Shown here piece after piece: positions 11,485 through 25,000 of a stretch of DNA of 64,000 nt. A model generated the notes under the pieces. The model searched no databases, was not told the origin of the DNA, and was given only the letters and a program-made list of their open reading frames with translations. A program made the position numbers and the translations under genes. Position 1 is the first letter of the stretch. The number at the start of each line of letters is the position of its first letter. This stretch comes from Pristiophorus japonicus (taxonomy: Eukaryota), in NCBI RefSeq assembly GCF_044704955.1, contig NC_091985.1:210366001-210430000 (forward strand). The letters are read 5' to 3'.

Positions 11485-12335
11485 ACCCACCGATTCACAG
11501 AGAGAGCAGCGACCTGGGGATCGGAGTGCGGACAGTTGGGTTGGGAAATGGTTTCGGCTGTTTAATTAATGGAAAGAAAGGTTTGGATTTATATAGCGCC
11601 TTTCACGACCACCGAACGTCTCAAGACATAGAAACAGAAAATATGTGCAGGAGTAGAATAGGCCATTCGGCCCTTCAAGCCTGCACCGCCATTCAACAAG
11701 ATCACAGCTGATTACCCACTCCAGCACCTCCACTCCCCGACCCCCGCCCCCCCTCAGCCGCAAGGACCACATCCAACTCCCTCCCGAACACATCCAATGA
11801 ACAAGACCAATGAAGTACTTTCGCTGTAGGAATATGGGAATTATTAAATATTTTACAACTGTTGTAAATATGAGAGATCAAAAACTCCGGCAGACAGTCA
11901 CAACTACCGAGCAGGATACACAGTCCCAGACATTACAGTCTCCCCTCACAGATAATTCCTGTCATGTGCGGTTTCTGTGTGAGAATCGGTGAAATGGGAC
12001 GGCACTGGCGGGATTGATGCGGGACTTTATGTTTACAGGAAGCAGTGACCGGGGATTTATTCCCGCCCGGTACAGACGGATCACGGAATGGAACAGAATT
12101 CAAACCGGAATGTGACAGAATGGGATTGGTGACTTATAATGGGGCACAATCGCCGTTATAAAGAGCGGGATTCTTAAATTGCTGGCGGGAAATTAGATTT
12201 TATTTAATCTCTGTTGGTTGATATTCTGAAATTGGCGGGCTTTTTGAAATTGACCAACTGTCAGTTTCAGTTCAGCCAATCAGGATCCAGTAATCCCCAC
12301 CTTTCATTTTCACTCGGTGCTTGGTTCAAACTTGA

Positions 12336-12881
<546 letters not shown>

Positions 12882-12926
12882 NNNNCCCCTGCCTCGGCTC
12901 GAAGCTTCAGCACCAAGTGAAACAAC

Positions 12927-12967
12927 GGCTCTTTTCAGAGCCACCAAATCAGCAAAGGAAAGAGCTG
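12927..12967 (+). terminator. Histone 3' stem-loop plus HDE (H3)
   Basis: GGCTCT-TTTC-AGAGCC 12927-12942; AAAGAGCTG 12959-12967. Confidence 0.9.
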
Positions 12968-13578
12968 CGATCTCCTGTAACCAGAGCTTCGTGTTGTTCA
13001 TTAACCCATTGTAGGGACGGGCAGAGGGTGTGGGACTGATTACTGCTCGTGTGTTCATATACCAGCTCGGTTCACATGGGAGTTATTGACGATTAACTGA
13101 TGAGCCCTTTAATATTTTCGGAAACTGACATCGGCTTTACGTCGCTCTGACCCCAAGTTCCCCGGGGCAGAGCACAGATTTCCCCATTCGGTGTTGCCGG
13201 AGAATGGGGGCAGGCAGATCTGGGAAGCACTGCAATGGACCCGGGTTCTGTATGTGTTGTGCAGTGCGGTCTAAACTGACCGGCTTAGCAGAGAAATACA
13301 GAGCCCGGGAACGGCCGGAGCTCCCGAGAACGAAACCAGCATTCAAACTATCTCAAACCAGACCAGAATTAAACTAGGCCCTTTTATTACTACATTAATT
13401 CATCATCGCCGACTCTCTCGTTTTCAGACAGATTAAAGAATATTTAAAGAACCGGTGGCGGTATTTATACAATTGTTGAGTGACAACTGTAGTTCAATTA
13501 TTCGCTGTTAACGGGAAGAGTGTATCTGTGAGCAGAGAACCGTACTGCAGAGACCGTGAACTGAAAACTCCCGCATAC

Positions 13579-13821
13579 GGATAAAGGGTAAGCCATTTAG
13601 GACTGAGATGAGGAGAGAGTTGTTAACCTGTGGAATTCCCTACCGCAGAGAGTTGTTGATGCCAGTTCGTTAGATATATTCAAGAGGGAGTTAGATGTGG
13701 CCCTTATGGCTAAAGGGATATTGAAAGAAAGCAGAAAAGGGGTACTGAGGGAATAATCAGCCATGATCTTGAATGGTGGTGCAGGCTCGAATGGCCGCCT
13801 CCAGCACCTATTTTCTATGTT
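13579..13821 (+). mobile_element. CR1 3' fragment with TAC target duplication
   Basis: Empty paralogous site CCCGCATACAGGTC at ~17073-17086. Confidence 0.85.
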
Positions 13822-13915
13822 TACAGGTCTAAAACAGGCCAATCTATCGGTACATGAACTAAAGGTCTCTGACTCCATTAAGACAGTAAGCAGCCCTTTC
13901 ACAGATACTGTGGGT

Positions 13916-13931
13916 GGCTCTGAAAAGAGCC
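13916..13931 (-). terminator. Histone 3' stem-loop (H2A copy 1)
   Basis: Reverse complement GGCTCTTTTCAGAGCC-ACCCA; HDE GAAAGGGCTG at 13891-13900. Confidence 0.9.
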
Positions 13932-13961
13932 TTTGGGTTATTAGATTAAATCTTGTCCGCT

Positions 13962-14348
13962 TTACTTGGTCTTGGACGAAGTGGTGGTTTTCTTGGGCAG
14001 CAGCACAGCCTGGATATTCGGCAGCACCCCGCCCTGAGCGATGGTCACCTTTCCCAGCAGCTTGTTGAGTTCCTCGTCGTTGCGGATGGCCAGCTGCAGG
14101 TGTCTGGGGATGATGCGGGTCTTCTTGTTGTCGCGGGCCGCGTTGCCGGCCAGCTCCAGGATTTCAGCGGTCAGATACTCGAGCACAGCAGCCATGTAGA
14201 CCGGGGCTCCGGCACCCACACGCTGAGCGTAGTTCCCCTTTCGCAGGAGCCTGTGAACACGGCCCACAAGGAACTGCAGTCCGGCCCGGGAGGAACGAGA
14301 CTTGGCCTTGGCGCGAGCTTTACCGCCGGTTTTTCCTCTTCCAGACAT
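13962..14348 (-). CDS. H2A: Histone H2A copy 1 (128 aa, P26L)
   Basis: [10 protein letters not shown]...LLPKKT; TATA and CCAAT upstream; LQFLVGR instead of LQFPVGR. Confidence 0.92.
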   Translation of the reverse strand: MSGRGKTGGKARAKAKSRSSRAGLQFLVGRVHRLLRKGNYAQRVGAGAPVYMAAVLEYLTAEILELAGNAARDNKKTRIIPRHLQLAIRNDEELNKLLGKVTIAQGGVLPNIQAVLLPKKTTTSSKTK

Positions 14349-15254
14349 TTCCACGATCCACAAGTTCAGAAAAAAGAATGAGAAACTCCTCCCATATCTG
14401 CACTTCTTATAGCTTCTGGAGGGATGCAGGGAGCGAACTTGTGATTGGTCGCTCTGAGGTGGATTTCATTGGTCTTTTCCGCTGACCAATCACCGTCTGT
14501 TTAGCCCGCCAATGAAAAGAGGGCGAAAATTACTGTTCGACTTCCAACGAATCTTCAATTTCAAAAACCCCGCCAATAATTTTTACAATGCGGATTATGT
14601 TAATAAATTCACCATTAGCCAAAGATTTCCAAACACTTTTTATTTCCTTTTGCCGTATTCCATATTACCTTCCAAATTCCAGGATGTTACAATCAGGTTT
14701 AAATTCGGGTTCAGTTTCATACGTTCTGTAACGGGACATATTCCAGCTCAATCTTTGTACAATTTGGGAATCACAGATCATGGATCGATCCTCCGCACAG
14801 GCGGGATTGAGACCAGAACTGGGAGTTCTTCTGTGAAAAGAGAAGAGGGACACAGGATTCAAACTCCCTGTTCTGGTCTCTGTAAGAACTCCCAGTCTGG
14901 GCCGTTGCACTCGGAATCTCGGATTAATAAGCGGGTTGACCCGAACTAGAATTTTTTTTATATTGTAAAGGGCTTGAGAGAGAATGAGGTGACTAAAGTC
15001 TGACTTTCACCTCCTAAAACAAGATCATAATTCATTGGCAGGCGGCCAGGGACAGTGTGTGCACTTTACTGGGAGGGAAATTCATCAGAGAAGCTAAGGT
15101 TGAACCGGACAGTAAAACCGCTTATCTGAGAATTCAAATCTAAATCTACAGCTGGAACTTTAAATGTTGTCAAACACTTGCTCAGGAAATAACTACAGTA
15201 AATTGAGTTTAAAGGGTGATGTGTTTGTGCAGCTCTTTCAGAGACGTTGTGGGT

Positions 15255-15270
15255 GGCTCTTAAAAGAGCC
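15255..15270 (-). terminator. Histone 3' stem-loop (H2B copy 1)
   Basis: Reverse complement GGCTCTTTTAAGAGCC-ACCCA. Confidence 0.9.
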
Positions 15271-15310
15271 GTTGTGTTTCTGGTTTGTTGTATCAGGACA
15301 GAGTGGAGTT

Positions 15311-15688
15311 TTACTTGGAGCTGGTGTACTTGGTCACCGCCTTTGTCCCTTCCGACACGGCGTGCTTGGCCAGCTCCCCGGGCAGCAGCAGGCGCACGGC
15401 GGTCTGGATCTCCCGGGAGCTGATGGTGGATCGCTTGTTGTAATGGGCCAGGCGGGAAGCCTCACCCGCGATGCGCTCAAAAATATCGTTCACAAAAGAG
15501 TTCATGATGCCCATGGCCTTGGAGGAGATGCCGGTGTCGGGGTGAACCTGCTTCATCACTTTGTAGATGTAGATGGAGTAACTCTCCTTCCTCGACTTCC
15601 TGCGCTTCTTACCGCCCTTCGGTGGTGTTTTCTTGATCACTTTCTTGGCGCCTTTCTTGGCAGTAACTGATTTCTTCTCTTCAGGCAT
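15311..15688 (-). CDS. H2B: Histone H2B copy 1 (125 aa)
   Basis: MPEEKK...[12 protein letters not shown]...KYTSSK; TATA ~15742 and octamer-like ATTAGCAT 15776-15783. Confidence 0.95.
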   Translation of the reverse strand: MPEEKKSVTAKKGAKKVIKKTPPKGGKKRRKSRKESYSIYIYKVMKQVHPDTGISSKAMGIMNSFVNDIFERIAGEASRLAHYNKRSTISSREIQTAVRLLLPGELAKHAVSEGTKAVTKYTSSK

Positions 15689-16200
15689 CGTCTTGTTCAA
15701 TCCGACCCAGACATGACGTAAACTTAGCTCGGAGCTCGCATTATATAGGCAGCCCCACACTCCGCCCACAGCCCTATGCTAATGAGGGATGGGTGAAGGC
15801 AACGATTGTGATTGGTTCACTCGCTGCGTTGTCAATTTCTATTGTTCTGTAATTCTCTGATTGGTCTCTTTAAACATCCAATCAGATTTACTGCTCGCCA
15901 CAATCTCAAATTCTTGAATTAGGTCATCAGTTACATCCCCTCCCGAGCCATATTCTGTTCTTTATCGATCTAGATGTCTACATGTTCGACAGACATTGAC
16001 CGGTTTGTAACCGAGATTGCCTGAGGGTCACTTCTGGTCAGGACTTGGGAGTCCTTCTATGAGGCAAAAGGCCCTCACTGTCCTTCCGCTCTCCTCCCAC
16101 CGTTTAATTCAACACCTTTCTTATCTGTCACTGCTGTAACTACATTAGTTGTTTCAGTGTTACCTTCACCTGGAATATGCCGTACCTTCTGTGCCGTAAA

Positions 16201-16489
16201 GGGCCTATTTCCCTTAGCATAGGAGGCATAAATGTAAAGTAATTGGTAGAGGATTTAGAGGGGAAATATCTTCACGCAGGCTGCGGTCTGAAACACACTG
16301 CCTGAAAGGGTGGTAGAGGCAGAAACCCTCACCACATTTAAAACTACTTGGACGTGCACTTGAAGTGCCGTAACCTGCAGGGTTACGGACCGAGAGCTGG
16401 AAAGTGGGATTCGGCTGGATAGCCTTTTGTTGGCCGGCACGGACACGATGGGCCGAAGTGGCCTCATTCCGTGTTGTAAGCTTCTATGA
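16201..16489 (+). mobile_element. CR1 3' fragment (different subfamily), TAAA target duplication
   Basis: Absent at the paralogous site ~20875 (CCGTAAATGTCTAT). Confidence 0.8.
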
Positions 16490-16649
16490 TAAATGTCTAT
16501 AATTCTGAAACTAAAAGGATATTCCGTCCATCGTGCATATGCTGATTTAAAACATATAGACCTTGGCGAAAAATATATATCTATACCGAACAAAATGTAA
16601 ATGAACTGTATCTCCCTCCCTCCCCTCCTCTCCCCCCGTGAGGCGGTGG

Positions 16650-16774
16650 GTGGCACTTAGACGAGCCTTTGCTTTCTGCTTGGGGGAGAGGGTCGCGTTG
16701 AATCCATAGAAAGTGCGGCCCTGCCGTTTCAGAGTGTACAGCACATCCATGACAGTGACTGTCTTGTGCTTGGC
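16650..16774 (-). pseudogene. H4: Histone H4 3' remnant with decayed stem-loop
   Basis: [25 protein letters not shown]; 5' part replaced by the next duplication unit. Confidence 0.9.
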
Positions 16775-17166
16775 TGCTTAGTGTCGGCCTAAACTGACCG
16801 GCTTAGGAGAGAAATACACAGCCCGGAACGACCGGAGATCCCGGGAACAGAACCAGCATTCAAACTCTCAAACCAGACCAGAATTAAACTAGGCCCTTTT
16901 AATAACCGCCGACTTTCTTCATACAGTTTTCATTGATAGATTAAATATTTAGGGAACCGGTTGCGGTATTTATACAATTTTTGAGTCTCTGACAACTGTA
17001 GATTAATTATTAGTTGCTAACTAGAACAGTTTGAGCAGAAAATCATAATGCAGATACCAGGAACTGAAAACTCCCGCATACAGGTCTGAAATAGACCAAT
17101 TTATTGGTACCTGAAAACAAGGTCTCCATTAATACAGTAAGCAGCCCTTTCACATATATTGTGAGT

Positions 17167-17182
17167 GGCTCTGAAAAGAGCC
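17167..17182 (-). terminator. Histone 3' stem-loop (H2A copy 2)
   Basis: Reverse complement GGCTCTTTTCAGAGCC. Confidence 0.9.
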
Positions 17183-17212
17183 TTTGGGTTATAAGTTTAA
17201 ATCTTGTCCGCT

Positions 17213-17599
17213 TTACTTGGTCTTGGACGAAGTGGTGGTTTTCTTGGGCAGCAACACAGCCTGGATATTAGGTAGCACCCCGCCCTGAGCGATGGTCACC
17301 TTTCCCAGCAGCTTATTGAGCTGCTCGTCGTTGCGGATGGCCAACTGCAGGTGTCTGGGGATGATGCGGGTCTTTTTGTTGTCGCGGGCCGCATTGCCGG
17401 CCAGCTCCAGGATTTCAGCGGTCAGATACTCGAACACAGCAGCCATGTAGACCGGGGCTCCGACACCCACACGCTGAGCGTAGTTCCCCTTTCGCAGGAG
17501 CCTGTGAACACGGCCCACAGGGAACTGCCGTCCGGCTCGGGAGGAGCGAGACTTGGCCTTGGCCCGAGCTTTACCGCTGGTTTTTCCTCTTCCAGACAT
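17213..17599 (-). CDS. H2A: Histone H2A copy 2, open but mutated (G7S, L23R, A45V, L55F, E92Q); possible incipient pseudogene
   Basis: Translation compared with copy 1 and canonical H2A. Confidence 0.8.
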   Translation of the reverse strand: MSGRGKTSGKARAKAKSRSSRAGRQFPVGRVHRLLRKGNYAQRVGVGAPVYMAAVFEYLTAEILELAGNAARDNKKTRIIPRHLQLAIRNDEQLNKLLGKVTIAQGGVLPNIQAVLLPKKTTTSSKTK

Positions 17600-18530
17600 T
17601 TTCACAATCCACAGGTTCAGACAAGGAATGAGAAACTCCTCCCACATCTGCCCTTCTTATACCTTCTGGAGGGATGCAGGGAGCGAACTTGTGATTAGTC
17701 ACTCTATCATGGATTTCATTGGCTGTTTCCGATGACCAATCACAGTCTGTCTAGTCCACCAATGAAAGGAGGGCGGAAATTACTGGTTCTCAACAGCCAG
17801 AACCTAACGAATTGCGGATTATGTTAGCAACTTCACCATTAGCCAAATACTTTAAAACACTTTGTTTCCTTTTGTCTTATTCCATGTTCCCCTTGCAAAT
17901 TCCAGCCTGTTACAATCAGGATTAAATTCGGCTTCAGTTTCAAACTGTCTGCAACGGGCGGGACTCAGTCCCCACTGATTGTGTAACGGGACACATTCCA
18001 GCTCCATCTTTGTAAAAGTGAACTTCTTTTCACAGGAGCTGCTGTGGGAGTGAGACCAGAACTGAGAGTCCTTCTGTAAAAATTGAAAAGGGACAGAGTG
18101 TTCAAACTGCCCCTGTTCTAGTCTCGAAGAACTCCCATTCTGGGTTGTTAACACTGCGGGGAGTCTCGGGTTAATAAACGGACTGAGCGCAACGGAATAA
18201 AAAAAACATGTAAAAAGGGCTTGAGTGAGAATGCGACTGAAATCGGAGTTTCCCCACCCCCCAAAATAAATTCGTCGGCAGGCGCTGTGAATGAACGAGT
18301 CTGAGAACAAAGGGAAAGCGACCAGGGCCCGTGTTTGTAGTTTACTCACTGCAGCAAATTCCAGAGACACCAAGGTCACGCCGGTCAGTGATGCTTTTTA
18401 TGAGAATTCAAAACTAAATCTGCAGCTGGAACTACAAAGGTTCTCACACACACTTGTTCGGGAAATAATTACAGTAAATTCAGTCTAAAGGCTGATGTGT
18501 TTGTGCAGGTCTTTCAATGATGTTGTGGGT

Positions 18531-18546
18531 GGCTCTTAAAAGAGCC
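18531..18546 (-). terminator. Histone 3' stem-loop (H2B copy 2)
   Basis: Reverse complement GGCTCTTTTAAGAGCC-ACCCA. Confidence 0.9.
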
Positions 18547-18584
18547 GTTGTGTTTGGGGTTTGTTGTCAGGACAGCGTGGAGTT

Positions 18585-18959
18585 TTACTTGGAGCTGGTG
18601 TACTTGGTCACCGCCTTTGTCCCTTCCGACACGGCGTGCTTGGCCAGCTCTCCGGGCAGCAGCAGGCGCACGGCGGTCTGGATCTCCCGGGAGCTGATGG
18701 TGCGGCGCTTGTTGTAATGGGCCAGGCGGGAAGCCTCACCCGCGATGCGCTCGAAAATATCGTTCACAAACGAGTTCATGATGCCCATTGCCTTGGAGGA
18801 GATGCCGGTGTCGGGGTGAACCTGCTTCATCACTTTGTAGATGTAGATGGAGTAACTCTCCTTCCTCGACTTTCTGCGCTTCTTGCCGCCCTTCGGTGGT
18901 GTTTTCTTGATGACTTTCTTGGCACCCTTTTTCGAAGCTGGTTTCTTTTCCTCAGGCAT
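18585..18959 (-). CDS. H2B: Histone H2B copy 2 (124 aa)
   Basis: Full ORF; KRRTISS versus KRSTISS in copy 1; TATA and octamer-like site upstream. Confidence 0.93.
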   Translation of the reverse strand: MPEEKKPASKKGAKKVIKKTPPKGGKKRRKSRKESYSIYIYKVMKQVHPDTGISSKAMGIMNSFVNDIFERIAGEASRLAHYNKRRTISSREIQTAVRLLLPGELAKHAVSEGTKAVTKYTSSK

Positions 18960-19544
18960 CGTCTTGTTCAGTCAGTTACAGATATGAAGGAAATTCTGCT
19001 CCGGGCTCGTATTATATAGGCAGCCCCACACTCCGCCCACATCCCTATGCTAATAAGGGATGGGTAAAGGTAACGATTGTGATTGGTTCATTAGCTGCGT
19101 TGTCAATTTCCATTGTTCTGTATTTCTCTGATTCGATGTTTAAAGGGACCAATCAGATTTATTGCTCGCCACAATCTCAAATTCTTGAATTGAGTCATCA
19201 ATGACATCCCCTCCCGATTTATACTCCGTTCTTTATGTTTCTGTTCTGCTCTCAGGCAAAAATGGTTAATGACGGCCAAACTTATAAGGAAGGTTAATTC
19301 ACGTTTTTTCCTATATATACATTCAATAATCTGAACAGCAAACTCGCTGCTGTGTATGTCGATCTAGATTTCTACATGTTCGAGACATTGACCGGTTTAT
19401 AACTGAGATTGCCTGAGGGTCACTTCTGATCAGGACTTGGGAGTCCTTCTATGAGGGCAAGGGACCCTCACTGTCCTTCCGCCCTGATGCTGCCTTCATC
19501 CCATCGTTTAATTCAACACCTTTCTTATCTGTCACTGCTGTAAC

Positions 19545-20830
19545 ATGGATGTAACAGCATGGATTTATGAAGGGGAGTCATGTTTGACAAATTTGCTGGA
19601 ATTCTTTGAGGATGTCATGAACAGGGTGGATAATGGGGAAGCCGTGGATGTGGTATATTTGGACTTCCAGAACGCATTTGACAAAGTGCCACATAAAAGG
19701 TTACTGACTGCACAAGATAAAAGTTCACGGGGTTGGGGTTAATATATTAGCATGGATAGCAGATTGGCTAACAAACAGAAACCAGAGAGTGGGGATAAAT
19801 GGTTCATTCCCGGGTTGGCAATCAGTAACCAATGGGATGCCACAGGGATCAGTGCTAGGACCCCAACTATTTATGATCTATATTAACGACTTGGAAGAAG
19901 GGACCGAGTGTAATGCAGCCAAGTTTGCTGACGATACAAAGATGGGAGGAAAAGCAATGGGTGAGGAGGACACTAAAATTCTGCAAAAGGATATAGACAG
20001 GCTAAGTGAGTGAGCAAGGATTTGGCAGATGGAGTATAATATTGGAAAGTGTGAGGTCATGCACTTTGGCAGAAAAAAATCAAAGAGCAAGTTATTATTT
20101 CAATGGTGAAAGATTGCAAAGTGCTGCAATGCAGCGGGACCTGGGGGTACTTGTGCATGAAACACAAAAGGTTAGTATGCAGCTACAGCAAGTGATCAGG
20201 AAGGCCAATGGAATCTGGCCTTTATTGCAAAGGGGATGGAGTATAAAAGCAGGGAAGTCTTGCTACAGTTGTACAGGGTATTGGTGAGGCCACACCTGGA
20301 ATACTGCATGCAGTTTTGGTTTCCATATTTACAAAAGGATATACTTGCTTTGGAGGCAGTTCAGAGAAGTTTCACAAGGTTGATTCCGGAATGAGGGGGT
20401 TGACTTGAGGAAAGGTTGAGTAGGTTGGGCCTTTACTCATTGGAATTCAGAAGATTGAGAGGTGATCTTATCGAAACTAAGATTATGAGGGGGCTTAACA
20501 AGGTGGATGCAGAGAGGATGTTTCCACTGCTAGGGGAAACTAGAACTAGAGGGCTTAATCTTAGAATAAGAGGCCGCCCATTTAAAACTGAGATGAGGAG
20601 AAATTTCTTCTCTGAGGATTGTGAATCTGTGGAATTCGCTGCCTCAGAGAGCTGGGACATTGAATAAATTTAAGACAGAAACAGACAGTTTCTTAATGAT
20701 AAGGGAATAAGGGAATATGGGGCAGGGAAGTAGACCCGAGTCCATGATCGTATTAAATGGCGGAGCAGGCTCGAGGGGCCGTATGGCCTACATTTGCTCC
20801 TATTTCTTATGTTTTTATGTTCTTATGTTC
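19545..20830 (+). mobile_element. 5'-truncated degenerate CR1, TAAC target duplication
   Basis: RT fragments (LDFQNAFDKV, KFADDT); empty site CTGTAACTACATT at ~16134. Confidence 0.9.
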
Positions 20831-21054
20831 TAACTACATTAGTTTTTTCAGTATTACCTTCATCTGGAATGCCCCGTAAATGTCTATGATTTGAAGACTA
20901 AAAGGACATTCTGTCCATCGTGTATATGCTGATTTAAAACACCTAACACCACAATATAGATCTTGGCAAAAAACATATCTATACAGAACAAAGTGTAAAT
21001 CAACTATCTCGCCCCCGTTCCCCAGGTCACTGCTCTCTCTGTGAGGAGGTGGAT

Positions 21055-21070
21055 GGCTCTGAGAAGAGCC
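21055..21070 (-). terminator. Histone 3' stem-loop (divergent H4)
   Basis: Reverse complement GGCTCTTCTCAGAGCC-ATCCA. Confidence 0.85.
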
Positions 21071-21104
21071 TTTGTGTTGTGTTTGGGGGAAAGGGTCACG
21101 TTAT

Positions 21105-21425
<321 letters not shown>

Positions 21426-22013
21426 TTACTGAAATCGCCGCTGAATGTTAATCTCTCGCCTTACCCATTGTCTGTTGAAACCACCAATGAAACGAGGGTG
21501 GAAATTCCTGTCCTCAACAGTCACACCTCGAAAGATTTTTAATTTCAAAAATACCGCCAATAATTTTTTAAAGTGCGGATTATGTTAATAAATGCACCAT
21601 TAGCCAAAGGTTTACAAACAGGTTTTACTTCCTTTTATTTTATTCCATATTTCCCTTACTAATTCCAGGCTGTTACAATCAAAATTAAATTTGCGTTCAC
21701 TGTCAATCTGTCTGTAACGGACGGCAATCAATCCCCACTGATTCTGTAACAGGGCACATTCCAGCTCAAACTGTGTAAAAGTTGGGAATCACAAATCATG
21801 GATTGATCTTCCGCACAGGCGGGAGTGAGATCAGAACTGGGAGCCCTTCTGTGAAAAGGGAAGAGGGATAGAGTGTTCACACTGCTTCCCATTCTGGTCT
21901 CTGTACAAACTCCCATTCTGGGTTTTTACACTGCAGGGAGTCCCGGGTTAATAAACGGATTGACCGTAACAGGAATTGAAAAATAAACTTATAAAGGGCT
22001 TGCGAGAGAATGA

Positions 22014-25000
22014 GGTGCAGGACATTCTAAAAAGGGAGGGAGAACAGCCAGTTGTCGTGGTGCACGTTGGTACCAACGACATAGGTAAAAAAAAAAAGGG
22101 ATGAGGTCCTACGAAATGAATTTAAGGAGCTAGGAGCTAAATTAAAAAGTAGGACCTCAAAAGTAGTAATCTCGGGATTGCTACCAGTGCCACGTGCTAG
22201 TCAGAGTAGGAATCGCAGGATAGCTCAGATGAATACGTGGCTTGAGCAATGGTGCAGCAGGGAGGGATTCAAATTCCTGGGGGATTGGAACCGGTTCTGG
22301 GGGAGGTGGGACCAGTACAATCCGGACGGTTTGCACCTGGGCAGAATCGGAACCAATGTCCTCGGGGGAGTGTTTGCTAGTGCTGTTGGGGAGGAGTTAA
22401 ACTAATATGGCAGGGGGATGGGAACCAATGCAGGGAGATAGAGGGAAACATAAAGGAGGCAAAAGCAAAAGACAGAAAGGAGATGAGGAAAAGTGGAGGG
22501 CAGAGAAACCCAAGGCTAAGAACAAAAAGGACCATTGTACAGCAAAATTCTAAAAGGACAGAGGGTGTTAAAAAAACAAGCCTAAAGGCTTTGTGTCTTA
22601 ATGCAAGGAGTATCCGCAATAAGGTGGATGAATTAACTGTGCAAATAGATGTTAACAAATATGATGTGATTGGGATTACAGAGACGTGGCTCCAGGATGA
22701 TCAGGGCTGGGAACTCAACATCCAGGGGTATTCAACATTCAGGAAGGATAGAATAAAAGGAAAAGGAGGTGGGGTAGCATTGCTGGTTAAGGAGGAGATT
22801 AAGGCAATAGTTAGGAAGGACATTAGCTTGGATGATATGGCATCTATATGGGTAGAGCTACAGAACACCAAAGGGCAAAAAACGTTTGTGGGAGTTGTGT
22901 ATAGACCTCCAAACAGTAGTAGTGATGTTCGGGAGGGCATCAAACAGGAAATTAGGGGTGCATGCAATAAAGGTGCAGCAGTTATAATGGGTGACTTTAA
23001 TATGCACATAGATTGGGCTAACCAAACTGGAAGCAATACGGTGGAGGAGGATTTCCTGGAGTGCATAAGGGATGGTTTTTTAGACCAATATGTCGAGGAA
23101 CCAACTAGGGGGGAGGCCATCTTAGACTGGGTGTTATGTAATGAGAGAGGATTAATTAGCAATCTCGTTGTGCGAGGCCCCTTGGGGAAGAGTGACCATA
23201 ATATGGTGGAATTCTGCATTAGGATGGAGAATGAAACAGTTAATTCAGAGACCATGGTCCAGAACTTAAAGAAGGCTAACTTTGAAGGTATGAGGCGTGA
23301 ATTGGCTGGGATGGATTGGCGAATTATACTTAAGGGGTTGACTGTGGATGGGCAATGGCAGACATTTAGAGACCGCATGGATGAACTACAACAATTGTAC
23401 ATTCCTGTCTGGCATAAAAATAAAAAAGGGAAGGTGGCTCAACCGTGGCTATCAAGGGAAATCAGAGATAGTATTAAAGCCAAGGAAGTGGCATACAAAT
23501 TGGCCAGAAATAGCAGCGAACCTGGGGACTGGGAGAAATTTAGAACTCAGCAGAGGAGGACAAAGGGTTTGATGAGGGCAGGGAAAATAGAGTACGAGAG
23601 GAAGCTTGCAGGGAACATTGAAACGGACTGCAAAAGCTTCTATAGATATGTAAAGAGAAAAAGGTTAGTAAAGACAAACGTAGGTCCCCTGCAGTCAGAA
23701 TCAGGGGAAGTCATCACGGGGAACAAAGAAATGGCAGACCAATTGAACAAGTACTTTGGTTCGGTATTCACGAAGGAGGACACAAACAACCTTCCGGTTA
23801 TAAAAGGGGTCGGGGGTTCGAGTAAGGAGGAGGAACTGAGGGAAATCCTTATTAGCCGGGAAATTGTGTTGAGGAAATTGATGGGATTGAAGGCCGATAA
23901 ATCCCCAGGGCCTGATGGACTGCATCCCAGAGTACTTAAGGAGGTGGCCTTGGAAATAGTGGATGCATTGACAGTCATTTTGCAACATTCCATTGACTCT
24001 GGATCAGTTCCTATGGAGTGGAGGGTAGCCAATGTAACCCCACTTTTTAAAAAAGGAGGGAGAGAGAAAACAGGGAATTATAGACCGGTCAGCCTGACAT
24101 CGGTAGTGGGTAAAATGATGGAATCAATTATTAAGGATGTCATAGCAGTGCATTTGGAAAGAGGTGACATGATAGGTCCAAGTCAGCATGGATTTGTGAA
24201 AGGGAAATCATGCTTGACAAATCTTCTGGAATTTTTTGAGGATGTTTCCAGTAGAGTGGTCAAGGGAGAACCAGTTGATGTGGTATATTTGGACTTTCAG
24301 AAGGCTTTCGACAAGGTCCCACACAAGAGATTGATGTGCAAAGTTAAAGCACATGGGATTGGGGGTAGTGTGCTGACATGGATTGAGAACTGGTTGTCAG
24401 ACAGGAAGCAAAGAGTAGGAGTAAATGGGTACTTTTTAGAATGGCAGGCAGTGACTAGTGGGGTACCGCAAGGTTCTGTGCTGGGGCCCCAGCTGTTTAC
24501 ACTGTACATTAATGATTTAGATGAGGGGATTAAATGTAGTATCTCCAAATTTGCGGATGACACTAAGTTGGGTGGCAGTGTGAGCTGCGAGGAGGATGCT
24601 GTGAGGCTGCAGAGTGACTTGGATAGGTTAGGTGAGTGGGCAAATGCATGGCAGATGAAGTATAATGTGGATAAATGTGAGGTTATCCACTTTGGTGGTA
24701 AAAACAGAGATACAGACTATTATCTGAATGGTGACAGATTAGGAAAAGGGGAGGTGCAAAGAGACCTGGGTGTCATGGTACATCAGTCATTGAAGGTTGG
24801 CATGCAGGTGCAGCAGGCGGTTAAGAAAGCAAATGGCATGTTGGCCTTCATAGCAAGGGGATTTGAGTACAGGGGCAGGGAGGTGTTGCTACAGTTGTAC
24901 AGGGCCTTGGTGAGGCCACACCTGGTGTATTGTGTACAGTTTTGGTCTCCTAACCTGAGGAAGGACATTCTTGCTATTGAGGGAGTGCAGCGAAGGTTCA

